DNA of 64,000 nucleotides from an uncultured bacterium (GTDB lineage Bacteria > Patescibacteriota > Saccharimonadia > UBA4664), in NCBI GenBank assembly GCA_963720265.1, contig CAVRET010000002.1:200704-264703 (forward strand), read 5' to 3'. The notes under the pieces were generated by a model. The model saw only the letters and a list, made by a program, of their open reading frames with translations. It was not told the origin of the DNA and did not search any database. Position 1 is the first letter of the stretch. Every line of letters begins with the position of its first letter. The position numbers were made by a program, and so were the translations under genes. Positions 30,707 to 39,771 of the stretch are shown in pieces.

Positions 30707-31195
30707 ATGCCCATCATTAAATCGGCCGTTAAGCGCGCCAAACAGTCCCTCGTCCGCCGCAGCCATAATCTGCAAGTTAAGCGCGCCGTAAAGGCTGACG
30801 TCACTGCCCTTCACACCGCACTCGCTAGCGGTGATGCAGCTGAAATCCAGGCTAAATTATCGGCCGCCTACTCCGAAATTGACCGCGCGGTCGGAAAGCA
30901 CACGTTGCACAAAAACACCGCTGCCCGCCGCAAGAGCCAGCTCGCTCACGCCGTTGCCAAAGCTTCTGGCTCCGAAGCCGTACCGGCCGCTGCCAAAACC
31001 ACCAAGGGCGCCGGCAAAAAGGCTACGGCTGCCAAGACGGGAACGAGGAAGTCCACGGCTAAATCTACTACCGCAACCAAAAACACCGCGGCTAAGAAAC
31101 CAGCTGCCAAAAAACCTGCTACTCCCAAAAAGCCGGCTGCGACCAAAGCCGCCAAGACCGCTCCGAAAGCATCTGATTCCAAAACCGAAAAATAG
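30707..31195 (+). CDS. rpsT: 30S ribosomal protein S20 with Lys/Ala-rich C-terminal extension
   Basis: MPIIKSAVKR, IDRAV..HKNTAARRKS; tail with PAAKK repeats. Confidence 0.93.
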   Translation: MPIIKSAVKRAKQSLVRRSHNLQVKRAVKADVTALHTALASGDAAEIQAKLSAAYSEIDRAVGKHTLHKNTAARRKSQLAHAVAKASGSEAVPAAAKTTKGAGKKATAAKTGTRKSTAKSTTATKNTAAKKPAAKKPATPKKPAATKAAKTAPKASDSKTEK

Positions 31196-31203
31196 CCTTA
31201 CCC

Positions 31204-31787
31204 ATGGCTACCCGGCCTATCACTCACAACCAAGATCTCACGTTTACCGCCACGCTCCATGGCCAGGAGCTGGCGTTTCTTCGACCTGGGGCCTATTTAG
31301 CCCCAAAGGCGTTGACGAAGGCACCCGGCTGCTGGCAAATCACCTAGAAGTAGCACCCAACGCCATAGCCCTCGATCTCGGCTGCGGCTACGGCCCGTTA
31401 GGCCTCACCATCGCCAAGCTCGCGCCTGAAGGGCAAGTGCATATGGTTGACAAAGACTTCGTGGCTGTCGAATACGCGGCCAAGAATGCCGAGCTCAACC
31501 ATCTTGCAAACACCAAAACCTACCTCTCAAACGGCTTCTCGCATGTCCCGGTTGAGCTCAAATTCGATCTCATCGCCTCCAACCTCCCGGCCAAGATCTC
31601 CGGCGAACTCCTCGAGATTTTCTTGTCCGACGCTCACGCGCGCCTCAAACCTAGCGGCCGGCTCTACGTCGTAACCATTTCCGGCCTCAAAGATTACATC
31701 AAGCGCCACCTCACCACTACCTTCGGTAATTACGATAAACTCGCCCAATCCAAAACCTACACCACGGCATGTGCTCAGAAAAATTAA
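31204..31787 (+). pseudogene. RsmC/MTS-type SAM-dependent methyltransferase with a -1 frameshift near 31278 (pseudogene or sequencing error)
   Basis: MATRP..TATLHGQELAF in one frame continues as STWGLFSP..VDEGT..LDLGCGYGPLG..SNLPAK in the -1 frame. Confidence 0.7.
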
Positions 31788-31813
31788 AAACCGACAGCAA
31801 GTCACAAGCAGCC

Positions 31814-31858
31814 AAAAAAGAAAGGGCGGCCGTTACTCTGGGTAGAGATAACGACCGC
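31814..31858 (-). terminator. Rho-independent terminator (minus strand)
   Basis: GCGGTCGTTATCTCT-ACCC-AGAGTAACGGCCGC followed by CCTTTCTTTTTT. Confidence 0.75.
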
Positions 31859-32200
31859 GGGGTCAAGCAGAAGCTGGAAGCTTCCGCATGAATGTGTAAT
31901 TCCGGCATAACGCTAGAAGTACAACGATGAAGGGGGTGGGAAGGGACTGGCATCGCGGCGTAAAGAGAAATCGCTTTGAGATGCCTATCGGTCGGGTACG
32001 CTTGGGCGAAACCTTGGTGTCGCGCCGAATGGTTTGCGCATGGGCAAATTCATCGGTGTCGCGCCAAGTGGTTCGCGTTATGGCAAAGCCGGGGCCGATC
32101 GGGCTCCATGCGCGCTACGGGTGACACCCTGCCGCGATGGTGGTCCGGTTCCCGGGTTTTTCTTCCCTTGTCTGGGTGCTGGCGAGGTGCGACCTCGCTA
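31814..32200 (-). ncRNA. Putative ~390-nt structured non-coding RNA
   Basis: Minus-strand intrinsic terminator with no minus-strand CDS upstream; nested long-range helices; tandem GGCGCGACACC. Confidence 0.55.
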
Positions 32201-32305
32201 CATTCATTGTGTCAGGCCATAAATTTTTTGGAACAGCAAATGGCATCATTTTATTGACAAAGATCGTACCCAAAAATAAACAATGGAGCGAGTATAATGA
32301 CATAC

Positions 32306-33058
32306 ATGAACAACCGTACGGCACTCCGGCAACTCGGTCTCACTACGACCGAGGCCGCTATTTATGAAGCGCTCCTCGTAAGCGGTTCCACTTCGATCCG
32401 CTCGCTCGCTGATGCCGCCGGCATCAACCGCGGTACCACCTATGACACACTCAAGCATTTGGCCGAGATCGGCCTGGTCGCGCACGTGCGCAAAGGCGAG
32501 CGCAACAAGTACCACGCCGAGTCGCCGGAGCGCCTGCGCGGACTCCTCGACGACCGCCGCCGCTCATTGCAACAAGCCGAAGGCACGGCCAGGGACCTCA
32601 TTCCCAGCCTGCTCGCCCTTGGCGGCCTCCGCGGCGACGAGCCCAAAGCTCGTTTTTACGAAGATGACGACGGCATTGTGCTCATCCTGCGCGACGTCTT
32701 AAAAACCGCAGCCCTACTCCACCCTCGCGAGTACTACGCCTACTCCTCCCGCGCGCTACGCAAGTACCTCTACCGCCGCTTCCCTAATTTCACCCGCCGG
32801 CGAATTCAGGAAGACATTTTTGTGAAAGTTATTGCTGCCGGCGCCGGTGGTGAGCCGGATGCCAAATCCGAGCGGCGTTGGATCGCCGAGCCTGGTGCCG
32901 CCGGGCTTTCGAGCTACATCTTAATTTATGGCCCCAAAGTCGCGCTCATCTCAGTCGCGGCCGACGAAACGCCTTATGGTGTTGTCATCGAGGAGACCGG
33001 CGTTGCTGCTATGCAAAAACTCTTATTCGACACTCTATGGTCCCATCTGAAGGCGTAG
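32306..33058 (+). CDS. TrmB-family transcriptional regulator
   Basis: LGLTTTEAAIYEALL..GINRGTTYDTLKHL..GLV, FYED..GI, IYGPKVALIS. Confidence 0.9.
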   Translation: MNNRTALRQLGLTTTEAAIYEALLVSGSTSIRSLADAAGINRGTTYDTLKHLAEIGLVAHVRKGERNKYHAESPERLRGLLDDRRRSLQQAEGTARDLIPSLLALGGLRGDEPKARFYEDDDGIVLILRDVLKTAALLHPREYYAYSSRALRKYLYRRFPNFTRRRIQEDIFVKVIAAGAGGEPDAKSERRWIAEPGAAGLSSYILIYGPKVALISVAADETPYGVVIEETGVAAMQKLLFDTLWSHLKA

Positions 33059-33067
33059 AATAGAGCC

Positions 33068-33280
33068 ATGCCAAAATCACCGCCTGATCCCTTGCGCGCC
33101 CGTCTGTTTGACCTCACGGCCGACATTGAGCGGCACACGGCCGGTTTACGCGATTTCGCAGTCGTACCCGGCAACGCCTGGCTGGCTAAATCCGAGCATC
33201 AGGCGCTTATGAACCTGCTCGCCGATCTCGAAACCTTACTCGAAGACATTAAACAAGCCGACGTCGAGGCCGGTTACTAA
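33068..33280 (+). CDS. Small hypothetical helical protein
   Basis: 70-aa ORF directly after trmB, fills the intergenic gap. Confidence 0.55.
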   Translation: MPKSPPDPLRARLFDLTADIERHTAGLRDFAVVPGNAWLAKSEHQALMNLLADLETLLEDIKQADVEAGY

Positions 33281-33315
33281 TGAAGGAATTGACGCCATCA
33301 CCTTTGGTGGGCTAG

Positions 33316-34248
33316 TTAAAAAAGCGCGGCCACCTGCCAGATGAGTTGCTCCACCGCCGCTTCGGCCGGTTTGCGACCGGTTTTAATATTGAATTCGCAC
33401 TCTGTCGCCAATGTATAAGCACCCGTAAGCGCAGGCTCGGTCACGCGGCCGCGCATTGCCGCCATTTTACTTGCCACAAACGGGCTCATGCCCGCCGTCT
33501 GCGCCAGTTCCGCTGGGCTCATCCCGGCCGGTGCGGTTTTCGCCAACAGCAAATTACGCAGCTGCCATTGGATCATGGTGAGCACATAGATTTCACTTTG
33601 CTTTTGCGCCAGCAGCCCGCGGTATTGCGTCATTGCCGGGCTGCTTCGGCCATCCGTCATCGCTTCCACCAGATCAAAGATCGACCGCTCCACACTCGGC
33701 ATCACCAGGCTGTGCACGTTCGCGACACTCACAGTTGGGTCAAAATTCACAAGCTTCTGAATCTCTTCGCCTAAACGCCACTGATCCTCACCGGCGAGAT
33801 CAACCAGCTCGCGCGCCGCCGCCGCATCCAAGGTACCACCCAGCCGCCCGGCCTCAGCCCGCAGCCAAGCCAATAATTTCGAACCGGTGAGCTGGTCAAA
33901 CTTCACTACCTTGTCCGCGGTTTTAAGCGCCTTAAAGCCGGCCGTGCGCTGGTCCACTTCCCGCTCCACAAATACCGCCACGGTAGAGCTCGGTACCTTG
34001 GCCAACAACCCGCCCAACTTTCCGGCCACCGCCTTATTAGCCGCCGCACCCTCGATAATCACGAGCCGGCTCGACGCCAAAAACGGTACTGCCTCCAAGG
34101 TAGCTGTCAGCTCCTGTGCGTTTGTTGCCGCCCCATCGAGCCGCACCAACTCCAAATCCGACCCGGCCTTAGCCACGTACGCCTGCATCATTTGTGCCAC
34201 CTGCTGCCTCAGCGCGTACGCATTCTGTCCGTAAAAAAACAGCGTCAT
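33316..34248 (-). CDS. holA: DNA polymerase III delta subunit
   Basis: FFYGQN, PFLASSRLVII, EIQKL, SIFDLVEA, IKTG. Confidence 0.9.
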   Translation of the reverse strand: MTLFFYGQNAYALRQQVAQMMQAYVAKAGSDLELVRLDGAATNAQELTATLEAVPFLASSRLVIIEGAAANKAVAGKLGGLLAKVPSSTVAVFVEREVDQRTAGFKALKTADKVVKFDQLTGSKLLAWLRAEAGRLGGTLDAAAARELVDLAGEDQWRLGEEIQKLVNFDPTVSVANVHSLVMPSVERSIFDLVEAMTDGRSSPAMTQYRGLLAQKQSEIYVLTMIQWQLRNLLLAKTAPAGMSPAELAQTAGMSPFVASKMAAMRGRVTEPALTGAYTLATECEFNIKTGRKPAEAAVEQLIWQVAALF

Positions 34249-34259
34249 AACCGACGGCC

Positions 34260-34739
34260 TCAGACCTGAGTTAGCCGTTTGAATTGGTCATAATCAAACT
34301 TCACCGTCGGGTTGGAGGCCGCAAGCGTAATGTAAATCTCCGGCTTGAACTCAGGCCGGTTAACGGCAGCTATCACAAACCCTGATAGCGGTAGGCTAAA
34401 ATGTGCCGTGTTGGGCGGTATCACTACACCGTCGCCCGGTACTACCATATGTTCCTCGCCTCCGACAAATACCCTCCCGGACCCGACAAGACCAATGTAA
34501 AACTCCCAGTTGTCCGGTGGGTGGTAATGCGGCTCAGCGTAGGCTAACCCCCGCATATCGGCGATTGCCAAGCTCTCATTTGGCCGGCCGGAGTGAACGT
34601 CTAGCTCATATAACACACCGCAGCCCGTATGCTTTGGGCTCACGTCTGCGACCAGCATCTGCCAATCGCGGATATTACTACAATACGCCCGCCAAGCTGA
34701 CAGGAGTTCTTGGATATCTGCTGATTGCATTGCCATCAT
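34260..34739 (-). CDS. Cupin domain protein
   Basis: PHYHP..EFYIGLVGSG..PGDGVVIPPNTAH. Confidence 0.82.
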   Translation of the reverse strand: MMAMQSADIQELLSAWRAYCSNIRDWQMLVADVSPKHTGCGVLYELDVHSGRPNESLAIADMRGLAYAEPHYHPPDNWEFYIGLVGSGRVFVGGEEHMVVPGDGVVIPPNTAHFSLPLSGFVIAAVNRPEFKPEIYITLAASNPTVKFDYDQFKRLTQV

Positions 34740-34743
34740 AGTT

Positions 34744-35619
34744 CTATTCCAAGATAGCACGGCGGCGTGTCCGGCCCGGTAGTATTTGGCATTTCGGGCA
34801 AATGTGTGTACCTCGCCCGACCACCCTCAACTTCTCAATCAGCACATCCGGGTGCACCCGACACGGCTGGCCTTCGCACCGAAACACTCGCGCGATCGAC
34901 AAATAGTCGCCTTTCCCGCCAAGTGCGTTCACATAATGCGCGAAACTCGTACCCCCGTGCTCCATGCCCAGCGCCATAATTTCGCGCAAAGCCACAAACA
35001 GCCGCTTTACCTCCGCCGGTTTCAAGCTGCCCGCAAGCCGCGCCGGGTGCAATCGCGCCAGGTTGAGCGACTCATCTGCATAAATGTTGCCGATACCGGC
35101 CACCACCGCCTGGTCCAAGATCACCGCTTTCACCGGAGCTCGGGCGTGCCGTTCCAGTTGCGCCGCCAGGTACTTTACGGTAAATGCATCACCCAGCACC
35201 TCCGGCCCCATGCGCGCCACCAAGCCATCCAGCTCTACCTCGCCAGTCGGCACCACCTTAATCCAGCCAAATTTGCGCTGGTCGTTAAAAAATAGCCTGT
35301 CACTACTTGCAAACGTAAATGTCATTCGCGTCGAGCGATCCGGCAAGCCGGCGGCCATACTGTCGGTAGGATGTCCGCCGGCCAGCCGCTCGCCATCCGC
35401 TTGCACCAACACCATTTGCCCCGTCATCTTGAGGTGAAATAGCATTGAAAAGCCATTATTCAAATCCCACACCAGCACTTTGCCACGTCTTCGTACTCGC
35501 GCAACACCTGCGCCCACAATCCGGTTTCCGTCCATGCCGTCCACCTGCACAATCGTTTGCCCGACCAGATGCTGCGCCAGCCCTAATCGAATTGTCTCTA
35601 CCTCCGGTCCTTCTGGCAT
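34744..35619 (-). CDS. mutM: Formamidopyrimidine-DNA glycosylase (Fpg/Nei family)
   Basis: MPEGPEVET, RRGK, HLKMTG, DQRKFG, AGIGNIYADE, GRGTHICPKCQ. Confidence 0.93.
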   Translation of the reverse strand: MPEGPEVETIRLGLAQHLVGQTIVQVDGMDGNRIVGAGVARVRRRGKVLVWDLNNGFSMLFHLKMTGQMVLVQADGERLAGGHPTDSMAAGLPDRSTRMTFTFASSDRLFFNDQRKFGWIKVVPTGEVELDGLVARMGPEVLGDAFTVKYLAAQLERHARAPVKAVILDQAVVAGIGNIYADESLNLARLHPARLAGSLKPAEVKRLFVALREIMALGMEHGGTSFAHYVNALGGKGDYLSIARVFRCEGQPCRVHPDVLIEKLRVVGRGTHICPKCQILPGRTRRRAILE

Positions 35620-35732
35620 ACAAATGTAGTTTAAAGGATTACTACTGGCCACGAACCTTCCAAAATATACAAAAATATGGTACAGTAGAGAAGTCCAAGT
35701 GAGCTCAAGTGACGATCTTCGCGGGGTGAAAC

Positions 35733-36008
35733 ATGAGCCCGCCTCCTGATTCGAGACATAGTCCAGAGGTCGCAAAAGCGATCCGCCAGCACCGAGTAGT
35801 CAACAACCTGATCCCCACCGCCATTTCGGCAATCGGGCTGAACATAATTCTATGGATACTGACTGCCAACTGGCACACGACACTCTGGGTGATTGTCTCA
35901 AGCTGTTTTACCGTGATGTCAGTCGGCTTCATTAGTATCACGTTGCGCATCTCCAAGAGAGCCTCTCGAGTGGTCCCTGCGTATAGGGCGTTCGATGACG
36001 CAAACTGA
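35733..36008 (+). CDS. Small two-TM membrane protein (accessory cassette)
   Basis: Promoter TTCCAA-17-TACAGT (35658-35686), SD GGGGTGA, 3' hairpin 36057-36086. Confidence 0.6.
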   Translation: MSPPPDSRHSPEVAKAIRQHRVVNNLIPTAISAIGLNIILWILTANWHTTLWVIVSSCFTVMSVGFISITLRISKRASRVVPAYRAFDDAN

Positions 36009-36185
36009 TGACGCGAACACCGTAGCCGACAATGCAACACCGAACGACGGCCCAACAGCCGCCGGCCCTCTCAAGCGCCGGCGGCTTGCCATGTTAATCC
36101 GCTCAAGCTGGAGATTCGCCTAAAGCCTCTCCACTACCCGTCCACTACACTAAGAAACCGTAAGTAAGGTAAAGGAGGAGCTATC

Positions 36186-36434
36186 ATGGCCGAGAACCAC
36201 CCGCGCGCAAACGAAATTACAAAATCCTTAAAAGGCGTTGATTACCCGGCGACAGGAGCGGAACTGCGTCAGCACGCTGAGGACAGCCAATTCGCCGCCG
36301 ACGTCAAAGGCTTCTTTGAGCACATCCCGAGCGACAAAGAGTACGTCAGCCCGGTTGAAGTCGAGAAAGACTATGGCAAATACGCCTCTGGCGAGCAAAT
36401 TGAGATGATGGACGACCTCGATAAAGCCGCCTAG
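36186..36434 (+). CDS. DUF2795-family protein
   Basis: LKGVDYPAT..EL..HA..IP.KEYVSPVEV; SD AAAGGAGG. Confidence 0.8.
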   Translation: MAENHPRANEITKSLKGVDYPATGAELRQHAEDSQFAADVKGFFEHIPSDKEYVSPVEVEKDYGKYASGEQIEMMDDLDKAA

Positions 36435-36440
36435 CTGGGG

Positions 36441-36468
36441 AAAAGCGGCCCTCCGGGGCCGTTTTTTT
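36441..36468. terminator. Bidirectional intrinsic terminator
   Basis: AAAAGCGGCCC-TCCG-GGGCCGTTTTTTT. Confidence 0.8.
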
Positions 36469-36469
36469 A

Positions 36470-39241
36470 TTACAGCTCGCCCCAGTTTTTACCCACGGCC
36501 GTGTCCACTACCAACGGCACACCAAGGTCAATCACACCGCCCATCGTTTCCTCGAGCAGCTTGGCCACGGCCGTGCCTTTAGCCTCCGGCGCTTCCACGA
36601 TCAGCTCATCGTGAATCTGTAGCAATAGCCCGCAATCATCGTCCAGCTTGCGATCAACTGCAATCATGGCCAGTTTGTAGATCTCGGCTGCAGCACCCTG
36701 CAGCGGCAGGTTAATCACCACCCGCTCAGTTGCACTCCGTATCTGGTAATTGGTCGACCGGATTTCCGGAAACGCGTGCCGCCGGCCAAATATCGTCTCA
36801 ATGTACAAATTGTCATAAGCAAACTTCTTCAGGTCGTCTAGGTATGTCCGCACCTTGGGTCGCGCCATAAAGTAGCGGTCAATAAACTCTTGCGCCTGTT
36901 CCATCGGCATACCGGTGGCGACACTCAGCCCATGTGGGCTCATGCCATACAGCACACCAAAATTAATGGTCTTAGCCGCCGCCCGCTGCTCTTTTGTTAC
37001 CGCGTCCAGTGGCACTTCAAAGAGTTCCGCCGCCGTCTGCGCATGCAGATCAAGTCCCTGTTTAAATGTCTCGATCATATTCTCGTCACCACTCAAGGCT
37101 GCCGCCACCCGCAGTTCGATCTGCGAATAATCCCCGCTCACCAACACCCGGCCCTTGGGTGCCACAAAACACGTGCGGATTTCACGCCCCATCTCGGTCC
37201 GGACCGGAATATTCATGAGATTGGGCTTGCTTGAGCTCAGTCGCCCAGATGGCACAATCACCTGGCTAAAACTCGTATGCACGCGCCCATCCGGCCCGAC
37301 CTGGCCCGGCAGGGCATCTGCGTATGTATTTTTGAGCTTATCAAGCTCGCGGTATTCCATGATGAGACCAACAATCGGGTGAGCATCGCGCAGTTTCTCC
37401 AGCTCCCCGGCCGCTGTCGACCAGCCGGTCTTGCCCTTCTTCACGCCAGCCGTGGTAAGTCCCAGCCGACCATACAAAATTTGCCCCAATTGCGCCGGAC
37501 TACCCAAATTAAATTCTTCGCCTGCCAGCTCGTAAATCTGGCTTTTGAGCTCACCAATCCGGCCGCTCAATCGCCGTCCAAATTTCTCAAGTGCGGCCGT
37601 ATCCAGCTCAATCCCGCGCAGCTCCATATCGCCGAGTACCGGAATCAGCGGCCATTCCACTTCGGTTGCCAGCCGCTCCATGCTCCAGCCGTAGGCGTTT
37701 GGAGTACTAAACTCTGCCAACTGCCCACGCAAACGCTCGTACAGTCGCCAGGCCATATCGGCGTCCTCAGCTGCATAGGTTGTAGCGTGCTCGATCAGTG
37801 TTTTATCAAACGTGGTTTCGTGTTTACCCGCACCGATCAGCTCAGAAATCGGAATCATTTCAATGCCCAGCTCGTGAAACGCCAAACCATCAAGCGATTG
37901 CGCCCGGCCGAGCGAGTTGAGCAAAAACGCCGCCACCATGGTATCAAACACAATCCCGCGCACGTGCACCCCACACTGGGCCAGCACTTCGTAGTCAAAC
38001 TTCAGATTGTGCCCGACTTTACCAATCGCCTTATTCTCGAACACGGGCCGCAAAGCTCTCACCACCTCGTCATGCGCTAGCTGAGTCCCCTGGACATGCC
38101 CCACCGGCACGTAGAACGCCTCGCCTTCGTGAAAGCTCACGCTTAAGCCCACGAGCTTAGCCGTCATAGTGTCTACGCCGGTTGTCTCAGTGTCAAACGC
38201 AAACACCTCTTGTCGGTTCAAGCTCTCCACCAGCTTTTCCAGCTCAGCCGGTGTTGTCACCGACCGATAGTTGGCGCCTGCCAAATGTGTCCGCTCTTTC
38301 TTAACCGCCGCTTCACCATCGCCAAACAACGTCGGCGCCCCAGCCGGCTGTGCCTCTGTCGCCGCCGGCGCGCCCGGTAGTCTTGCAAGCAACCCGTGCC
38401 GGAAGTCCAGTCGCCGGAACAGGTCGTCAAGCTCATCGCGCCGGTATTGCCCAATTCGTGCCGCATCCAGGTCCAACTCCAAGTCCATATCGCACTTAAT
38501 CACGCTCAATGCTCGGCTCATATAAGCCATGTCCTTGCCGACCCGCAGCTTCTCTCCTACGCTCCCGCTAATCTCGTCGACATGCTCATAAATGCCGTCG
38601 AGCGTCTTGTATTCAGCCAGCAGCTTCTGCGCACCCTTATCGCCGATCCCAGATACGCCCGGAATGTTGTCGCTCGTATCACCCACCAGCGCTTTGTAAT
38701 CAATAAATTGCGCCGGCGTCAGCCCGTACTTTTCGCGCATTTTCGCCAGGTCATAGCGCGTCGGCTCCATGCCCCGCGGATTAAACATGTCCACCACCGT
38801 CTTCTGGTCCACCAGCTGCAGCTGGTCGCGGTCGCCGGTCGCGATCACAATGTTCAAATCTCCGCGTGCTTCAGCCTTGCGCGCAAGCGTACCAATAATA
38901 TCATCGGCCTCGTAGTTCTCCGCCTCAACAAACGGCAATCCCAGAGCGCGCACCAGTTCCTTCGTTGGCTCGATCTGCACTCTCAGCTCGTCATCCATCT
39001 TTTTGCGCGTCGCCTTGTAGCCCGCGTACATTTCATTGCGAAACGTCTTGGCCGACTTGTCCCAGGCCACAATCACATAATCCGGCTTCAGGCTCTCCAG
39101 CACCTTAACCATAATCGTGAGAAACCCATACACCGCGTTCGTCGGCTCACCGTCTTTATTGGAAAGGTGCGGAATCGCATGGTACCCGCGGTGAAACACC
39201 GCCGACCCGTCTACCAACACCAACAGTGGTTGCTTGCTCAT
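36470..39241 (-). CDS. polA: DNA polymerase I
   Basis: 5'-3' exonuclease EADD/GDTSDNIPGV, 3'-5' exonuclease FDTETTG, DYSQIELR, KTINFGVLYG, QIHDEL. Confidence 0.98.
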   Translation of the reverse strand: MSKQPLLVLVDGSAVFHRGYHAIPHLSNKDGEPTNAVYGFLTIMVKVLESLKPDYVIVAWDKSAKTFRNEMYAGYKATRKKMDDELRVQIEPTKELVRALGLPFVEAENYEADDIIGTLARKAEARGDLNIVIATGDRDQLQLVDQKTVVDMFNPRGMEPTRYDLAKMREKYGLTPAQFIDYKALVGDTSDNIPGVSGIGDKGAQKLLAEYKTLDGIYEHVDEISGSVGEKLRVGKDMAYMSRALSVIKCDMDLELDLDAARIGQYRRDELDDLFRRLDFRHGLLARLPGAPAATEAQPAGAPTLFGDGEAAVKKERTHLAGANYRSVTTPAELEKLVESLNRQEVFAFDTETTGVDTMTAKLVGLSVSFHEGEAFYVPVGHVQGTQLAHDEVVRALRPVFENKAIGKVGHNLKFDYEVLAQCGVHVRGIVFDTMVAAFLLNSLGRAQSLDGLAFHELGIEMIPISELIGAGKHETTFDKTLIEHATTYAAEDADMAWRLYERLRGQLAEFSTPNAYGWSMERLATEVEWPLIPVLGDMELRGIELDTAALEKFGRRLSGRIGELKSQIYELAGEEFNLGSPAQLGQILYGRLGLTTAGVKKGKTGWSTAAGELEKLRDAHPIVGLIMEYRELDKLKNTYADALPGQVGPDGRVHTSFSQVIVPSGRLSSSKPNLMNIPVRTEMGREIRTCFVAPKGRVLVSGDYSQIELRVAAALSGDENMIETFKQGLDLHAQTAAELFEVPLDAVTKEQRAAAKTINFGVLYGMSPHGLSVATGMPMEQAQEFIDRYFMARPKVRTYLDDLKKFAYDNLYIETIFGRRHAFPEIRSTNYQIRSATERVVINLPLQGAAAEIYKLAMIAVDRKLDDDCGLLLQIHDELIVEAPEAKGTAVAKLLEETMGGVIDLGVPLVVDTAVGKNWGEL

Positions 39242-39285
39242 ATATCTTATTGTAGCTCATTTAAGCGTATTATTTCGTAAAAATA

Positions 39286-39314
39286 TTGACAAATGTTTAA
39301 AGCTGTGCTAATAT
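39286..39314 (+). promoter_or_regulatory. Consensus sigma70 promoter with no downstream CDS
   Basis: TTGACA-17 bp-TAATAT with extended -10 TG. Confidence 0.75.
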
Positions 39315-39320
39315 GTATTA

Positions 39321-39717
39321 ATCCCGTTGCGAGGCGCCACACTTCGAGGCAATCCAGTCTCGAGTGAACGCAATCGGAGCGCCGAGCCCTGTATTTTGGG
39401 GCGATGAGTCTGCACTCGTTTCTTCGGCCGCATAGCGACCAAGAGTCACGCAGTGCAAGGAAGTTCACAAAGCCGGGCATAACGCGCGCTGCGCGGTCCG
39501 CACCCTTTACTGAGGCGTAGTCCTCCCGATGACCGGCCCGTTTCGCATTCTGCGGACGGTTCTGCCGGATGGTTGTCCATGTTCCTTTCGTTCATGTGGG
39601 CACTCGACGCCCCTCGTTTCACCCCCCCCACACAGCTGGGGACCGTGTCGCGCGTGCGACACGGTCCCCAGCGACACCCAACTTGCACGATCCCCCAGCC
39701 AACGGCTGGTATTTTTT
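39321..39717 (+). ncRNA. Putative ~400-nt structured non-coding RNA
   Basis: Consensus promoter, 5' hairpin, long-range GGGGCG/CGCCCC helix, 17-bp perfect hairpin 39635-39672, terminator 39695-39717. Confidence 0.55.
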
Positions 39718-39771
39718 GCCCTTACGAAGCTCATAGCCAATACCGTCAATCCGCAGTAAAACGCCTCTTAT

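Noticed and set aside
30831-31203. N-terminal extension of the 318-aa ORF overlapping rpsT
   Set aside because: Alternative-frame read of rpsT's low-complexity tail; the real start is ATG 31204 with a frameshift.
31999-32077. 39-nt-spaced duplication as a mini CRISPR array
   Set aside because: Only two degenerate copies, no spacers, no cas genes; better explained as RNA structure.
28121-32198. Shared CGAGGTCGCA(T)CCTCGC hairpin at 28.1 kb and 32.2 kb
   Set aside because: Short, and in opposite orientation relative to the two predicted transcripts; may be chance.
34744-34870. MutM zinc finger CxxH variant and PEGPE N-terminus
   Set aside because: Within known Fpg/Nei family variation; not considered novel.
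39446-39688. Minus-strand 44-80 aa ORF (MDNHPAE..) upstream of polA
   Set aside because: SD is too close to the ATG, composition is not protein-like, and promoter and terminator point to a plus-strand RNA.
31814-39717. The two long intergenic RNAs as RNase P RNA, tmRNA or SRP RNA
   Set aside because: No GAGGAAAGTCC motif, no tRNA-like GGGG..TTCGA..CCA ends and no SRP loop found by eye.
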